IMG/VR virus record: IMGVR_UViG_2974514734_000001
Span: 96,683-157,920 of that record
DNA length: 61,238 nt
Origin: a virus
Taxonomy: Duplodnaviria > Heunggongvirae > Uroviricota > Caudoviricetes > Ackermannviridae
Strand: one strand, 5' to 3'
Made by a program: the position numbers and the translations under genes. The notes under the pieces were generated by a model. The model worked only from the letters and a program-made list of their open reading frames with translations, made no database searches and was not told where the DNA came from. This document shows, one piece after another, positions 19,053 through 28,721 of this stretch; position 1 is the first letter of the stretch; each line of letters begins with the position of its first letter.

Positions 19053-19606
19053 TTGGTCAGCTCCTGTTCCAGCTGATTAACAAAGGAAGAAACATAATCT
19101 GGATCGAGCACTTGGATGTTACGTTTGGCTTCGTTTTTGTTTATTGCATCATCGTGATATGTAATGCCAGTCAGCCCGTAATTCGCGATGATTGTCGCGT
19201 CGTCCATAGCGCCAAGGCCATATGCCAAACGGATAGCGCGGGGATCTGTTTCATTCCCAAATTCGTCAACGTAGTATTTTACGTCCCACATCCCATCGAG
19301 TCCATAACGAGCAGTTAGCTCTTCAATGATTCTGCGTTCTGGTTTTGGCCAGTCTTCTGTGATATCCATGATACCATTGATAAGACATGGTATCCAGAAC
19401 AACTCGAAGGAACCATAGACCCGTTCCGCAAAAGACCTTGGGGTTTCCCCATCGAAAACAGTATAAGGCAGGAGAAGCCCTTCTATGTCCCGAATTTTCT
19501 TAACAACCATAACCCGTCGTGTCAAGTTTTGCAACAGGACTTGGTCATTTTCTTTGACACCAATTAGTTGATGCCATACGAGTGGAAATTTCTCAAAATA
19601 TTTCAT
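19049..19606 (-). CDS. 53: Baseplate wedge protein gp53
   Basis: MKYFEKFP start; LysM-like YTVFDGETPRSFAERVYG; DWP motif. Confidence 0.9.
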   Translation of the reverse strand: MKYFEKFPLVWHQLIGVKENDQVLLQNLTRRVMVVKKIRDIEGLLLPYTVFDGETPRSFAERVYGSFELFWIPCLINGIMDITEDWPKPERRIIEELTARYGLDGMWDVKYYVDEFGNETDPRAIRLAYGLGAMDDATIIANYGLTGITYHDDAINKNEAKRNIQVLDPDYVSSFVNQLEQELTK

Positions 19607-19618
19607 GGCATCTTCCCC

Positions 19619-20587
19619 TTAGAAGCTGTCGCCTTCGGTATCAAAGCGGCCTTTGTGCAACGGTTCCAGTTCGATAAATGTCATATCAATCTGGGTTGAC
19701 ACGATGCTGTCATCTTTGTGGACAGCATATGAAGAATCCGGCGTCTCGTTGACAAACATGTTTGACAAAACACAAGTCGATATCCGATGCAACCATTTGT
19801 TGCGTTCCCCCTGCACCATGAACGTGATGTCAAATGTGGAAGGGTGTAGATAGAATGCACTGGAATTCTTGTTGTATTTGTATTCGGGGTACATATGCAT
19901 CTTGAACAGACGAATGATTTCCCTCACCATTTTCGCCTCTTTTTGCGATCTTGGAGTGAATTTGAATGTGAACGGGATTTCTCGGTTGCGCACCCCTTGG
20001 AAAATCATTTCCACATACGGGTTGGTCATCGTACCTGTAAACAATTCTAATGTATCATGAGCATTAATTGTCGGCAAGAAAGGAATTGCTTCCGAAGCAG
20101 ATTGGATGGCCTTTGTCGCCGCAAATCTCCCCATTTCTTTCCCAACATTCAAAGCATCCCCAAGTTTGAATTGACTCATATCTTGGGCGGCGCGTGATAA
20201 GAATTGGGCACCCATACCTGCTAATCCCAACTCGGAGCCGTTCCAGCCAACGCCATAGTTGGTTGTAATGGATTCGGGCATACACAACACGATTGATTCG
20301 TTAGAGCGGACGTGACGCGCCCAAGCATATTTGCTAATAGAACCCGATTTAGAACCATAAACCACAGGAGTCTTACCCAATGGATTTTGTATCGGATTTT
20401 CGACGGTTTGGGTTGTGGTGTCCCCATATGAAGAACCGGATATTCGGTTGATGTTGAATAGAACATAATGGCCGAGGGTTTTACCCCCTGTTATGTCTAA
20501 TGGATAGACCAATTGCTTCTGAGACTTGGCCAAGCCTTTTGTGTTCAGAACTTTGATCTTATCGATGGTCGACTTGAAATTCGCCAT
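19619..20587 (-). CDS. 48: Baseplate tail-tube cap gp48
   Basis: NPYVEMIFQGVRNREIPFTFKFTPRSQKEA; FKMHMYPE. Confidence 0.9.
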   Translation of the reverse strand: MANFKSTIDKIKVLNTKGLAKSQKQLVYPLDITGGKTLGHYVLFNINRISGSSYGDTTTQTVENPIQNPLGKTPVVYGSKSGSISKYAWARHVRSNESIVLCMPESITTNYGVGWNGSELGLAGMGAQFLSRAAQDMSQFKLGDALNVGKEMGRFAATKAIQSASEAIPFLPTINAHDTLELFTGTMTNPYVEMIFQGVRNREIPFTFKFTPRSQKEAKMVREIIRLFKMHMYPEYKYNKNSSAFYLHPSTFDITFMVQGERNKWLHRISTCVLSNMFVNETPDSSYAVHKDDSIVSTQIDMTFIELEPLHKGRFDTEGDSF

Positions 20588-20623
20588 GGTCTGAAGCCCT
20601 TTAATTAGAATAGAGTGATGACA

Positions 20624-20631
20624 CTATTTAG
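20624..20631 (-). promoter_or_regulatory. Late promoter CTAAATAG
   Basis: TAAATA core upstream of gp48. Confidence 0.6.
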
Positions 20632-20640
20632 GACTAGAAT

Positions 20641-21381
20641 ATGGCTATGTATCTCGTATACCAAATTACCAATCTGATAAACAATAAAATATATGTTGGG
20701 GTTCATAAAGGAACTCCAGATGATGGTTATATGGGTTCTGGCCGAGTTATAACAAGAGCGATATTGAAATATGGTGTTGAGAATTTCCGCAAAGATATAT
20801 TGAAAGTTTGTAAAACATCAGAAGAAATGTATGAAGAAGAATTCAGGATAGTGAATCAAGAATTTATAGATAGAGATGACACATATAATTTAACATGCGG
20901 TGGGCGCGGTTCATTTACGCACATAAATTCGGATCCATTAATCAGGGCCAACGCTTCGGAGAAGGCTCTCAAAACCCTAAGTTTAAAATCAAAAGACGAA
21001 TTACAAAGAATTTACAAATCTAGGGGATTTCCTGGAGAAAGAAATTTTTGGTTTGGTAAAAACAGGTCCGGTGAAAATAACCCAAGATTTGGCTGTGTAA
21101 TGGAACAAGAAACAAAGGACAAAATAAGAAATTCCAACAAGAAAAGAGTGGAATCCGGCCTCGTGGATTATTCTAATTGCAAAGGACCAATCACAAAAGA
21201 AGGGAAGAACGCGATATCCCAAGCGAACTCCAGAGAATTCAAATTTGTTAATCCAGAAGGAAATTTGGTCACAGTTATCAACCTTTCCAAATTCTGTAAA
21301 GAAAATGAGTTGAGCGAAGGATCTATGAGACATGTCCATAACGGCCGAAACATACAACATAAAGGTTGGAGGAAAGCATAA
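20641..21381 (+). mobile_element. Free-standing GIY-YIG (Seg-like) homing endonuclease with NUMOD3-like and C-terminal HTH-like modules
   Basis: VYQITNLINNKIYVG, YMGSG, YNL..GG; GENNPRFG; inserted between gp48 and gp4. Confidence 0.9.
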
Positions 21382-22001
21382 TGGCATCGTATTTACAAGG
21401 AAAATTTATTCCCAACAATCCTCAAAAATATGTCGGAGACGTAAAAGATATCGTGTTTCGTTCCTCTTTAGAATTGGTTGCATTCAAATTCTGTGACATG
21501 AATCCTGCTATCGTGAAGTGGGGTTCGGAAACTTGTGTAATCCCTTACATATCTCCGGTTGATGGCCGCGCCCATCGTTATTTCATGGATTTGAAGGTTT
21601 GGACTCGTCGGCAGGATTCCGATGAATTACAAATTACTCTTATTGAAATAAAACCCAAAGACCAGATTAAAGAACCTCGCAAAACTAAAACGATGAAGGA
21701 ATCAACATTCAATAATTCAATGCGCACTTGGTTGGTAAATCAGGCAAAGTGGACAGCAACTAAAGAACATTGCGCAAAGGTAGGTTGGAAATTCATTATC
21801 TGGACAGAAGAACATTTGGTGCCAGGTGAAGACCCAGAAGTTAAAAAACAATTTGCTCTTCGTTCTAAGAAAAAGCGCGAAGTCGAAATGGAAGATCGAC
21901 GCCGCGCTCAAAGGATTAATGCGTTGAAAGAGCAAATGAAGAAGGAAACTGCTAATAAACAACCAACGCAATTGAAAGATGATGGTTTGTTATTACCCTG
22001 A
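21381..22001 (+). CDS. 4: Head completion nuclease gp4
   Basis: YLQGKF.P.NPQKY.GD...IVFRSSLE, IPYISPVDGRAHRYFMD, IEIKP, AKW. Confidence 0.93.
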   Translation: MASYLQGKFIPNNPQKYVGDVKDIVFRSSLELVAFKFCDMNPAIVKWGSETCVIPYISPVDGRAHRYFMDLKVWTRRQDSDELQITLIEIKPKDQIKEPRKTKTMKESTFNNSMRTWLVNQAKWTATKEHCAKVGWKFIIWTEEHLVPGEDPEVKKQFALRSKKKREVEMEDRRRAQRINALKEQMKKETANKQPTQLKDDGLLLP

Positions 22002-22211
22002 TTTCCTTGGATGTCCAGGGGCAAAGCAAGTTTGTTTGTCCCTGCATATCATCCACCCATCAGCACGGGCTTGTCTAGCACAGTCTCCCCAAGATTCACC
22101 AGCATAAGACTTCATCCCGCATCTGGGGTGATGCTCTTGCCAAGCCCAATTACAAGATTTGCATTCAACACACTCACAATACAAATCGACGGTGTATCCT
22201 GCAGTAATCAT
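21993..22211 (-). CDS. Small Cys-rich hypothetical protein
   Basis: CECVEC and GW...C pattern; starts immediately after upstream stop. Confidence 0.65.
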   Translation of the reverse strand: MITAGYTVDLYCECVECKSCNWAWQEHHPRCGMKSYAGESWGDCARQARADGWMICRDKQTCFAPGHPRKSG

Positions 22212-22619
22212 TTAGTCACCCAGATGATCATAAATTTTTTGACGGAATTCGTTCCCTTTAGCACAACCTGTAGCCAACAGGCGAGTACCGCCCGTACCAA
22301 TAACACTGATTGTTGAAAACTTCAGGATACGGCCTGTAATAGACTGGTCCACCTTAATGGTTTCTACTTTACCAAGGCGGAGTTCATCAGCATCACGGCG
22401 GATAAACCCTCGTTTTACGATAACCCGTTTGTTGGTGACTGCGAATTCAGTTGTCAATACATTTAAAATTGTTGGTATCAGAAATAACAAACTGAATCCA
22501 AATGTTGGGATAATCGTTAAAATAACCAGAACATAAATCCAAAAACCGCTCCACCAAGTCGGGCGGGTGAAAGCGATGACATGTTCATTTTCGCGGAGCA
22601 TGCGGTCTACATAACGCAT
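22212..22619 (-). CDS. Membrane protein with bacterial PH (bPH_2)-like domain
   Basis: Two N-terminal hydrophobic segments, then TEFAVTNKRVIVKRGFIRR...LRLGKVETIKVDQSITGRIL. Confidence 0.8.
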   Translation of the reverse strand: MRYVDRMLRENEHVIAFTRPTWWSGFWIYVLVILTIIPTFGFSLLFLIPTILNVLTTEFAVTNKRVIVKRGFIRRDADELRLGKVETIKVDQSITGRILKFSTISVIGTGGTRLLATGCAKGNEFRQKIYDHLGD

Positions 22620-22620
22620 T

Positions 22621-23142
22621 TTAATTCCTTAATTTGTCTGGGTTGGATAAGATTTGTTCGTATCCGACTTCGCCTTGATCGTCGAAAACATGCTGAAGAA
22701 TCGCCATATCGTCTACCATCCGATAAACTTCAATTCCAGCGTTCATCAATTTTTTGATTCCATCCATGATACGATATGGCTCTTGATAATATACTTTATC
22801 GATTTTACCGCTATCTATTATCTTTTGAGTGCAATTAGGGCAAGGACTATGTGTCACAAACATAACCAACCCTGTGAAATCATCTGCATTTTCGGGGATA
22901 CGCATTAGAGCATTTTCCTCCGCATGAACAACACACGGGTTTGTAACAATTTGCCCGTGTTGCTCCATCTCACAAACATTCGGCATGCCAGGAGGCGTTC
23001 CGTTCCATCCAATAGCCACAGGCTGATCAGTTTCAGGGTTTACGATAACACAACCGACTTGCAGACGCCGAGCATAACTGGTTACACCATATGCTGCAGC
23101 TGATCGCATATGAGCAAACATCATACGTGGTTTGATAGCCAT
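22621..23142 (-). CDS. cd: dCMP deaminase
   Basis: HAEENA and SPCPNC Zn motifs; GWNGTPPG. Confidence 0.95.
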   Translation of the reverse strand: MAIKPRMMFAHMRSAAAYGVTSYARRLQVGCVIVNPETDQPVAIGWNGTPPGMPNVCEMEQHGQIVTNPCVVHAEENALMRIPENADDFTGLVMFVTHSPCPNCTQKIIDSGKIDKVYYQEPYRIMDGIKKLMNAGIEVYRMVDDMAILQHVFDDQGEVGYEQILSNPDKLRN

Positions 23143-23459
23143 TATTTTATCAGAGCCTTTTCAAGTAAAAAGATCATGTCATCCTGGTCGGCGCGGCCAA
23201 AGATCTGACCGAGGGACACCATGGAATGAACCTCTTTGACAATCAGGTCTTTGCCTGTTACACCGCTGTTGTCCAATTCGAGAATTGTAGACATGCGCTC
23301 AACCATATGAGGTGGATGATTGATATAACGTTGAAGATACTTTTCACGCAACGCAATTTTTTCGATAAGATCTGACATTTCTGCATTCTCTTCTGAATAC
23401 AGACGTTCTTTAGATTTCAGTTCTTCGAGGCGTTCGTACATTTCTTTTAATGAAATCAT
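23142..23459 (-). CDS. Hypothetical coiled-coil protein
   Basis: GGGAG RBS before ATG 23459. Confidence 0.7.
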   Translation of the reverse strand: MISLKEMYERLEELKSKERLYSEENAEMSDLIEKIALREKYLQRYINHPPHMVERMSTILELDNSGVTGKDLIVKEVHSMVSLGQIFGRADQDDMIFLLEKALIK

Positions 23460-23480
23460 GTTTGTCTCTCCCAATAAATT

Positions 23481-23512
23481 AAGGGGAAGTATACCTTCCC
23501 CTTTCTTCAATA
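23481..23512 (-). promoter_or_regulatory. TATTGAA-N12-TATACT promoter with -10 box in a hairpin
   Basis: Minus strand: tattgaa gaaaggggaagg TATACT tcccctt. Confidence 0.5.
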
Positions 23513-23522
23513 ACCTAAAATA

Positions 23523-23873
23523 TTATTCAGTACATGCTTTACCGAGGTCTGTAAGCCTATAGAATGTTACTTCAGCCTTCGGCCAATGCTTATACTCTTC
23601 AGAGTTGTCATGAACCATTGTAAACGCAGGTTCGATTAGACCTTTAGACAACAAGGATTGACCTGAACGCGTATCCCATGGATCACCCTTTACAGAACGA
23701 AACCCGCCAGATATCGGTGGCGCATGAAAAGTCCAAACCGTTTTCCCTTTATCGTTCGTCCAAGATTTGGGATTGAAATACCAATGACAAAGGCGTCTGG
23801 CTTCACCTTTTTCAAAATTCAACATTCCTAAAAGGACGCAGAGTTGATGTCCTGTGATGCGTGGCTTTTTCAT
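23523..23873 (-). CDS. Hypothetical protein (winged-helix-like ending, YRLTDLGK)
   Basis: Start corrected to ATG 23873. Confidence 0.65.
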   Translation of the reverse strand: MKKPRITGHQLCVLLGMLNFEKGEARRLCHWYFNPKSWTNDKGKTVWTFHAPPISGGFRSVKGDPWDTRSGQSLLSKGLIEPAFTMVHDNSEEYKHWPKAEVTFYRLTDLGKACTE

Positions 23874-24202
23874 AAGATCCCCAAGTCGGTAAGGTAACGA
23901 TAAAACAAGATTATAGACAGAAATCCAATTAACGCCCAAGACGATAGGATAGGCTTTCCATTGAGCGTGGTCTTCCCATTGGGTATGTTAGGACTTCCGG
24001 TAATAACGACGGAGTCTGTTTTGGCTCTCAGCGTCATGATAGAACCCATGAGAATGATTGGGCGCACATAATACCCTTCATGATTGCGCTTCACGATACA
24101 TGGTGAAGAAAATCGCAGGAACGGATCACCGCTTTTATAACCAAATAACTCGACCTTTTCTATTTCTTCGGGTACTTTCTGACCAGGAAAGAATATTTTC
24201 AT
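23870..24202 (-). CDS. Hypothetical protein with C-terminal transmembrane segment
   Basis: Coupled overlaps; hydrophobic C-terminus. Confidence 0.7.
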   Translation of the reverse strand: MKIFFPGQKVPEEIEKVELFGYKSGDPFLRFSSPCIVKRNHEGYYVRPIILMGSIMTLRAKTDSVVITGSPNIPNGKTTLNGKPILSSWALIGFLSIILFYRYLTDLGIL

Positions 24203-24777
24203 AATGCAATTCCTAAATTTGTGTATAACAACTCAGCCAGGGTGACAGGACGCTTGAATTGTTCCCAACTGCAGTTCAGGTATTCGCGCTCTTCGCGAAT
24301 ATTTTCGTGAAGATGACCATGGATATTATACGCCCAACGGTCTAATTGATAAGGAACATGTGTTGTCAACACACGGCCAACAGGCGTGTCACGTTCGTAC
24401 ATAGCGCCGAAGGAGCTAATCCAGCCGTCCATATACAAAGACAACAGCATCTTAAAGCTGTCGTGGTTGCCCTGTGCCACCCTGATGATAAAGTTCGGAC
24501 GCCAGTCATCGGGGACGGGGCGTCGCTTAAACTCATCAATGTTTCGCTTGGCACCCTCCCGCATCAGGCGAATGAACCCTTCAGCCCCGATGAAGCAGAT
24601 GTCTCCTGCAAGTTCCAACACATCCCGAGACTTCAATCCTTGGAAGATCGTGTCGATAACCGCAGCGTCATGCGCTTCCTGTGTATCAAACCCACGCGGT
24701 TTAAAGACCTTCTTATGCCCAAGGTGAGTGTCACCAAGGTGCTTTACGATTCCCGCCATTATGGTTTCCTCAGCCAT
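24199..24777 (-). CDS. Calcineurin-like metallophosphoesterase
   Basis: DTHLGH, LAGD, GNHD, THVP, HGHLH motifs. Confidence 0.9.
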   Translation of the reverse strand: MAEETIMAGIVKHLGDTHLGHKKVFKPRGFDTQEAHDAAVIDTIFQGLKSRDVLELAGDICFIGAEGFIRLMREGAKRNIDEFKRRPVPDDWRPNFIIRVAQGNHDSFKMLLSLYMDGWISSFGAMYERDTPVGRVLTTHVPYQLDRWAYNIHGHLHENIREEREYLNCSWEQFKRPVTLAELLYTNLGIAL

Positions 24778-25100
24778 TCTAAAATCGGCACGTTCACAAA
24801 CCCTTTATGCCAACGATGCGGTTTGTGACCTCTATTATGTTCGAGCAAACACGTGTCTGGTGGGACACTGAAGTGGATGCCTTCAATGTCATAATAATTC
24901 CCATCAATCATGGTGTATACATGACCTTCAATCTGGCTATAATGGATCTCTGCTTGGGGATATACGTGCTTCAGAACCAGAGCAACCTGATAGCATTTTC
25001 CGTTCTTCCCGATATACTCGACATCGACCTGTTGGGGGAACACGTCTTTGATAAGATTTATCAATCTCGTGATATCATTTACAACAACCGAACGTTTCAT
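24759..25100 (-). CDS. Hypothetical protein
   Basis: 113 aa; GKCY...GHVYT...YYDIEG pattern (possible Cys-His-Asp triad). Confidence 0.7.
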   Translation of the reverse strand: MKRSVVVNDITRLINLIKDVFPQQVDVEYIGKNGKCYQVALVLKHVYPQAEIHYSQIEGHVYTMIDGNYYDIEGIHFSVPPDTCLLEHNRGHKPHRWHKGFVNVPILEWLRKP

Positions 25101-25102
25101 CT

Positions 25103-25765
25103 CTATGATAACTCATGGCGGTGTCGAACACACGCAGGGCAATTACAATTCTTTTTCAAAATTGGCATTTCACACCATGTCATTAAGTCATGTATTGGAG
25201 ACATGTGATGATAGAACCAAGATTTCTTGAGACTAATCAATGGATATAAAATTTCAATAGGTCTTTCCCCGTCTCTGGTCATCATGTTGTACCCTTCAAT
25301 GACTTTATTAAAGGCGGGTATCCAGTGTATTGCGTCATCGCCGTTAACATATGCCAATATATACGTGGACGGCAAGCCCCTGCCTTTTAATTGCGTGTTT
25401 AATAACCATATCGGGGCTTGTGCTAAACAAGCGCGAAAACCACCGTCAGGGACGTTGATGCTACTGATAGGTTCTTGATGATGTGTCCAACGATACATAA
25501 GAAGTGGGGCATTTTTATTAATCCAGTTGTGAATTTTATTCCTCGCCCAATTTTCGCGTTTAGATTTGCATTTATTATTTTCGAGGTGGCAATACACAGT
25601 ATGAACTGAATATCCTTTCGATAACAACCAAATCAACATGTATGTGCTATCCACCCCACCAGACCAGAACAACGTTACTTCTTGATTATTCTCCGGCAAT
25701 GGAGCATCCCCTTGAAGAACACGGTATACAAAATCACAATCAGATATTGAGACAACAATTTCCAT
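25103..25765 (-). CDS. QueC-like PP-loop ATPase (7-cyano-7-deazaguanine synthase fold)
   Basis: WSGGVDST PP-loop; PLISLKKS; C-terminal C-x8-C-x-C-x2-C Zn site. Confidence 0.75.
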   Translation of the reverse strand: MEIVVSISDCDFVYRVLQGDAPLPENNQEVTLFWSGGVDSTYMLIWLLSKGYSVHTVYCHLENNKCKSKRENWARNKIHNWINKNAPLLMYRWTHHQEPISSINVPDGGFRACLAQAPIWLLNTQLKGRGLPSTYILAYVNGDDAIHWIPAFNKVIEGYNMMTRDGERPIEILYPLISLKKSWFYHHMSPIHDLMTWCEMPILKKNCNCPACVRHRHELS

Positions 25766-25862
25766 TAAAATATTCCTCTTAAAGAATCATTTGTTGTGCG
25801 CCATAAAGATATGATGGTGCAATGATAATACATTATACAAATAGAAAAGACCCTTTCGGGGC

Positions 25863-26153
25863 TTATTTGTCTTCAGATTCATACAAACGCCAATTGCCGA
25901 TGCTAAACCATTCCCCTACATTATTTGAATATCTGGTGGTTCGGACTCCTCCGACTTCATACGCCCATTTGAAGAATTTCCATTTGGACGATAAAGAAGG
26001 ACATTCGCTTCCAGATTTCAGAGAACACGCTGTGAGCCAACGCGTAATACTGAGAGCCTGAAAAATCGGATGGATAAATGAAGAATACAATATCCAAAGC
26101 GTTATGACAACAAAAATAATGGTCGTGATCACCCCGACAATTTGAAAGAACAT
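25863..26153 (-). CDS. Small membrane protein
   Basis: N-terminal hydrophobic helix; GGAGG RBS. Confidence 0.7.
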   Translation of the reverse strand: MFFQIVGVITTIIFVVITLWILYSSFIHPIFQALSITRWLTACSLKSGSECPSLSSKWKFFKWAYEVGGVRTTRYSNNVGEWFSIGNWRLYESEDK

Positions 26154-26229
26154 TTAAGAACCTCCAAATATTGAACACTGACTATGAAGAAACCCATGAT
26201 TGTAAACAACCATGAAAACAAGGAAAGAT

Positions 26230-26862
26230 TCATCCTTCCACCTTCAGCCCCATCAGGTCTTCCATGGTTTTCTGAATGCGTAGCCAATCAAGCGCCGCAT
26301 CATAACGAGGATCATGATAGACCATACCTTCCAGTTCCCACGCCTTGATACCAGCATATCGATCCTGCTGCCCAACACCCTTCAGCCAGCTTACGATGTC
26401 AAATGTGTGGTGATAGTCCCAAGGTTCGTTGGAATCTTGCTTACACGTCACCTCAATGATATGCTGAGCCTTGCGTAGGTCAAACAGATTCCTATCACAC
26501 CAGTCAACCGAGCGCGGGTCGATCCCAAGGCGATGGCATCCCTTGCGAATTTCATCGGCCAATTCGAAAATAGAAATATCCTTGTCAGTCGGATATAGAC
26601 TGATAGCTCGGGCGGCGTCGCACGGGTTTCGTTTACCTGTACCCAGCCACCATTCCACAGTACCCTGGTCTTTCACACGGCCAAGTTCAATCTGTTCTTT
26701 GACATTCAGTTTGATAAATGTCGTGCGCTCTTCAACAAGCTGCTGAAGGGTATAACGCTTGGTCAGGTCGGCGATAGTCTGTGCCCAAGACAACATGACA
26801 GCATCATCCCAACGACCGAGAGTTTCGCTATCAGCGACGGCCAAGAAATTAGATTTATACAT
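26230..26862 (-). CDS. DEDDh 3'-5' exonuclease (DexA-like)
   Basis: ADSETLG ExoI, RNLFDL ExoII, HDPRYDA ExoIII. Confidence 0.8.
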   Translation of the reverse strand: MYKSNFLAVADSETLGRWDDAVMLSWAQTIADLTKRYTLQQLVEERTTFIKLNVKEQIELGRVKDQGTVEWWLGTGKRNPCDAARAISLYPTDKDISIFELADEIRKGCHRLGIDPRSVDWCDRNLFDLRKAQHIIEVTCKQDSNEPWDYHHTFDIVSWLKGVGQQDRYAGIKAWELEGMVYHDPRYDAALDWLRIQKTMEDLMGLKVEG

Positions 26863-27199
26863 CAGTTTCCCCTGCTTTCTCTAAAAGGAGTTTCAAAGGA
26901 TATGTCCCACAAGCGGTGGCATACTCGACTTTGAAATATGAATTATCGTTCATGGCGAAATTGCGATGTGGGAAATATTCCCCGTCATCCAACCCGCCTA
27001 ATCCCCCGCCGACGCGATATTGTTTTAACTCGACTTCGCCGCCATAACGGAGTTGGGCATATAGGCCGATAGGAGCGCGAACGTAATGCTCCAGCCATAC
27101 CCAATTTCCATCGTGTAAACGTGTAGGGATAAATGCAAAACGCACCTTGGGATGAAGAACGGCTTTGGCGAGCATCTCTTCTGTTATTTCACGCTTCAT
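26855..27199 (-). CDS. Hypothetical protein
   Basis: Coupled ORF, 114 aa. Confidence 0.7.
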   Translation of the reverse strand: MKREITEEMLAKAVLHPKVRFAFIPTRLHDGNWVWLEHYVRAPIGLYAQLRYGGEVELKQYRVGGGLGGLDDGEYFPHRNFAMNDNSYFKVEYATACGTYPLKLLLEKAGETDV

Positions 27200-27801
27200 C
27201 CAATACCTTCCTCTTCGATGATATCTTCTTCACTAGCGACGACAGAGATTCCGTAGTCTACCATCTGGGAAAGTTCTTGTAAATCTTGTTCAAACCCGTC
27301 ACCCTGTCGGATATAAAAGACGGGTACGACACGACGCCTGGTATCTTCGAAGATAGTCTCCGCGATTTTATTAATCTGACTCACCACGTGAAACAGTTTT
27401 AATCCACCGATGCCACAGCCGATGGCGGGTAAACCAACATAGACTGTTTCGTCAGTTTTTGCCTCAATGATATCGTGAACTTGTTCAAACATAATCTGAA
27501 CTGAACTGATAATGGAAGGCATGCGTGCGTTAGGACCAGGGTAGAACTGAGTATACAAATTGAATCCCCAGACACCAGTGTCATGATCAAACGCATAGGA
27601 CATGTTCCCCAAACGTTGTTCCGGACCACGTTCATCTAATTGGTCGGCTCGGTAAATTTCTGGGAAATCTAATCGAACATGGTTGGCGATACCTGCGCCC
27701 ATCACAGACCAACAATTTGCTCCATGAGCGAAAGCATTGATGAGATTAAAACTCGTAGCGGCTTTCAGTAAATCGCCGTTTGTGATAACATATGTGGTCA
27801 T
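27196..27801 (-). CDS. Macrodomain (ADP-ribose processing) protein
   Basis: ITNGDLL, HGANCWSVMGAGIA, NLYTQ, PAIGCGIGGL. Confidence 0.9.
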   Translation of the reverse strand: MTTYVITNGDLLKAATSFNLINAFAHGANCWSVMGAGIANHVRLDFPEIYRADQLDERGPEQRLGNMSYAFDHDTGVWGFNLYTQFYPGPNARMPSIISSVQIMFEQVHDIIEAKTDETVYVGLPAIGCGIGGLKLFHVVSQINKIAETIFEDTRRRVVPVFYIRQGDGFEQDLQELSQMVDYGISVVASEEDIIEEEGIG

Positions 27802-28034
27802 GCGTAACGTCTCCATTGTATAATTTCGTTGTTGACACAGCTAACCTGGATGATACACATATTCTGGCGATGGTCAGTGAGTGTCATAATAAAACTGTCT
27901 GTCTGTGCCATAACACAATTGACAGATATTCCTCGCATTATCAAACGAACACAGATTTCTTGATATAATCGTTTCATGTATCCTGAAACTGAAGCGGACT
28001 CATACACGCGTTCAAATTCATATAACTCGTTCAT
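27798..28034 (-). CDS. Hypothetical protein
   Basis: ATGA overlaps on both sides. Confidence 0.65.
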   Translation of the reverse strand: MNELYEFERVYESASVSGYMKRLYQEICVRLIMRGISVNCVMAQTDSFIMTLTDHRQNMCIIQVSCVNNEIIQWRRYA

Positions 28035-28255
28035 TTATTCAGACCATCAATAGCGTGTTCAGAAATATATTCAACGAATTGGTTATCAGCTGCCATCTTT
28101 AAAAGTTCAAATAATTCCGTTCCAACGGTACTCCCAAACATCCCTTCCAATACACTCTGAACATCTTCATCTATTTCTTCGATGACGAGTCCATACGATT
28201 TCAGGCGGCGTGAAATAGCACGGAACTGGGCAATATCACCAATTTCATTTGCCAT
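28031..28255 (-). CDS. Hypothetical protein
   Basis: 74 aa, downstream of a promoter. Confidence 0.65.
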   Translation of the reverse strand: MANEIGDIAQFRAISRRLKSYGLVIEEIDEDVQSVLEGMFGSTVGTELFELLKMAADNQFVEYISEHAIDGLNK

Positions 28256-28279
28256 GTTATTTGTCTCATTATGGGGTTA

Positions 28280-28310
28280 GGCGGCAATTATACCGCCAAT
28301 TTATTCAATA
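28280..28310 (-). promoter_or_regulatory. TATTGAA-N11-TATAAT promoter with -10 box in a hairpin loop
   Basis: Minus strand: tattgaa taaattggcgg TATAAT tg ccgcc. Confidence 0.6.
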
Positions 28311-28718
28311 GAGGTCTTCGGAAAAGAGTTCTTTGAAAGGAGTGTTCTTCAAACGGACCTGATTAGTTTGTCCGGCTTCACGAGCGACCACAGCGGCCTC
28401 TTCACGGGACATCCATTGCCCATAGTTATCAATAAACCCTTGTTCACGAGTGTGGGTGGTTTCGATAATACCTGCTTCCTTCAATCGTTTGAGTTGCGTG
28501 TTCATCAATTTGTCGTGATGTCGGGCGCTTACAACGATCACATCACCATATTTGTTGGCAGCAGCCACAACACGCCGATCAAACTTGGTTGGGTCAGGTA
28601 TATCACGAGTATACAAGGCGATGTGAGTGTCGTCCACGTCCCCTTTCACCTCAGAATATAACTGACACCCATTAGGAGATCCAGTAGGTAAAGAACGAAA
28701 ATATCCAAGTAATTTCAT
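28305..28718 (-). CDS. Conserved-looking phage hypothetical protein
   Basis: VVSARHHD and QGFIDNYGQWMSREEA, then FSEDLY C-terminus. Confidence 0.75.
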   Translation of the reverse strand: MKLLGYFRSLPTGSPNGCQLYSEVKGDVDDTHIALYTRDIPDPTKFDRRVVAAANKYGDVIVVSARHHDKLMNTQLKRLKEAGIIETTHTREQGFIDNYGQWMSREEAAVVAREAGQTNQVRLKNTPFKELFSEDLY

Positions 28719-28721
28719 AAT

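Noticed and set aside
25103-25765. 7-deazaguanine DNA modification system
   Set aside because: No folE, queD, queE or dpdA in the window; the rest of the genome was not seen.
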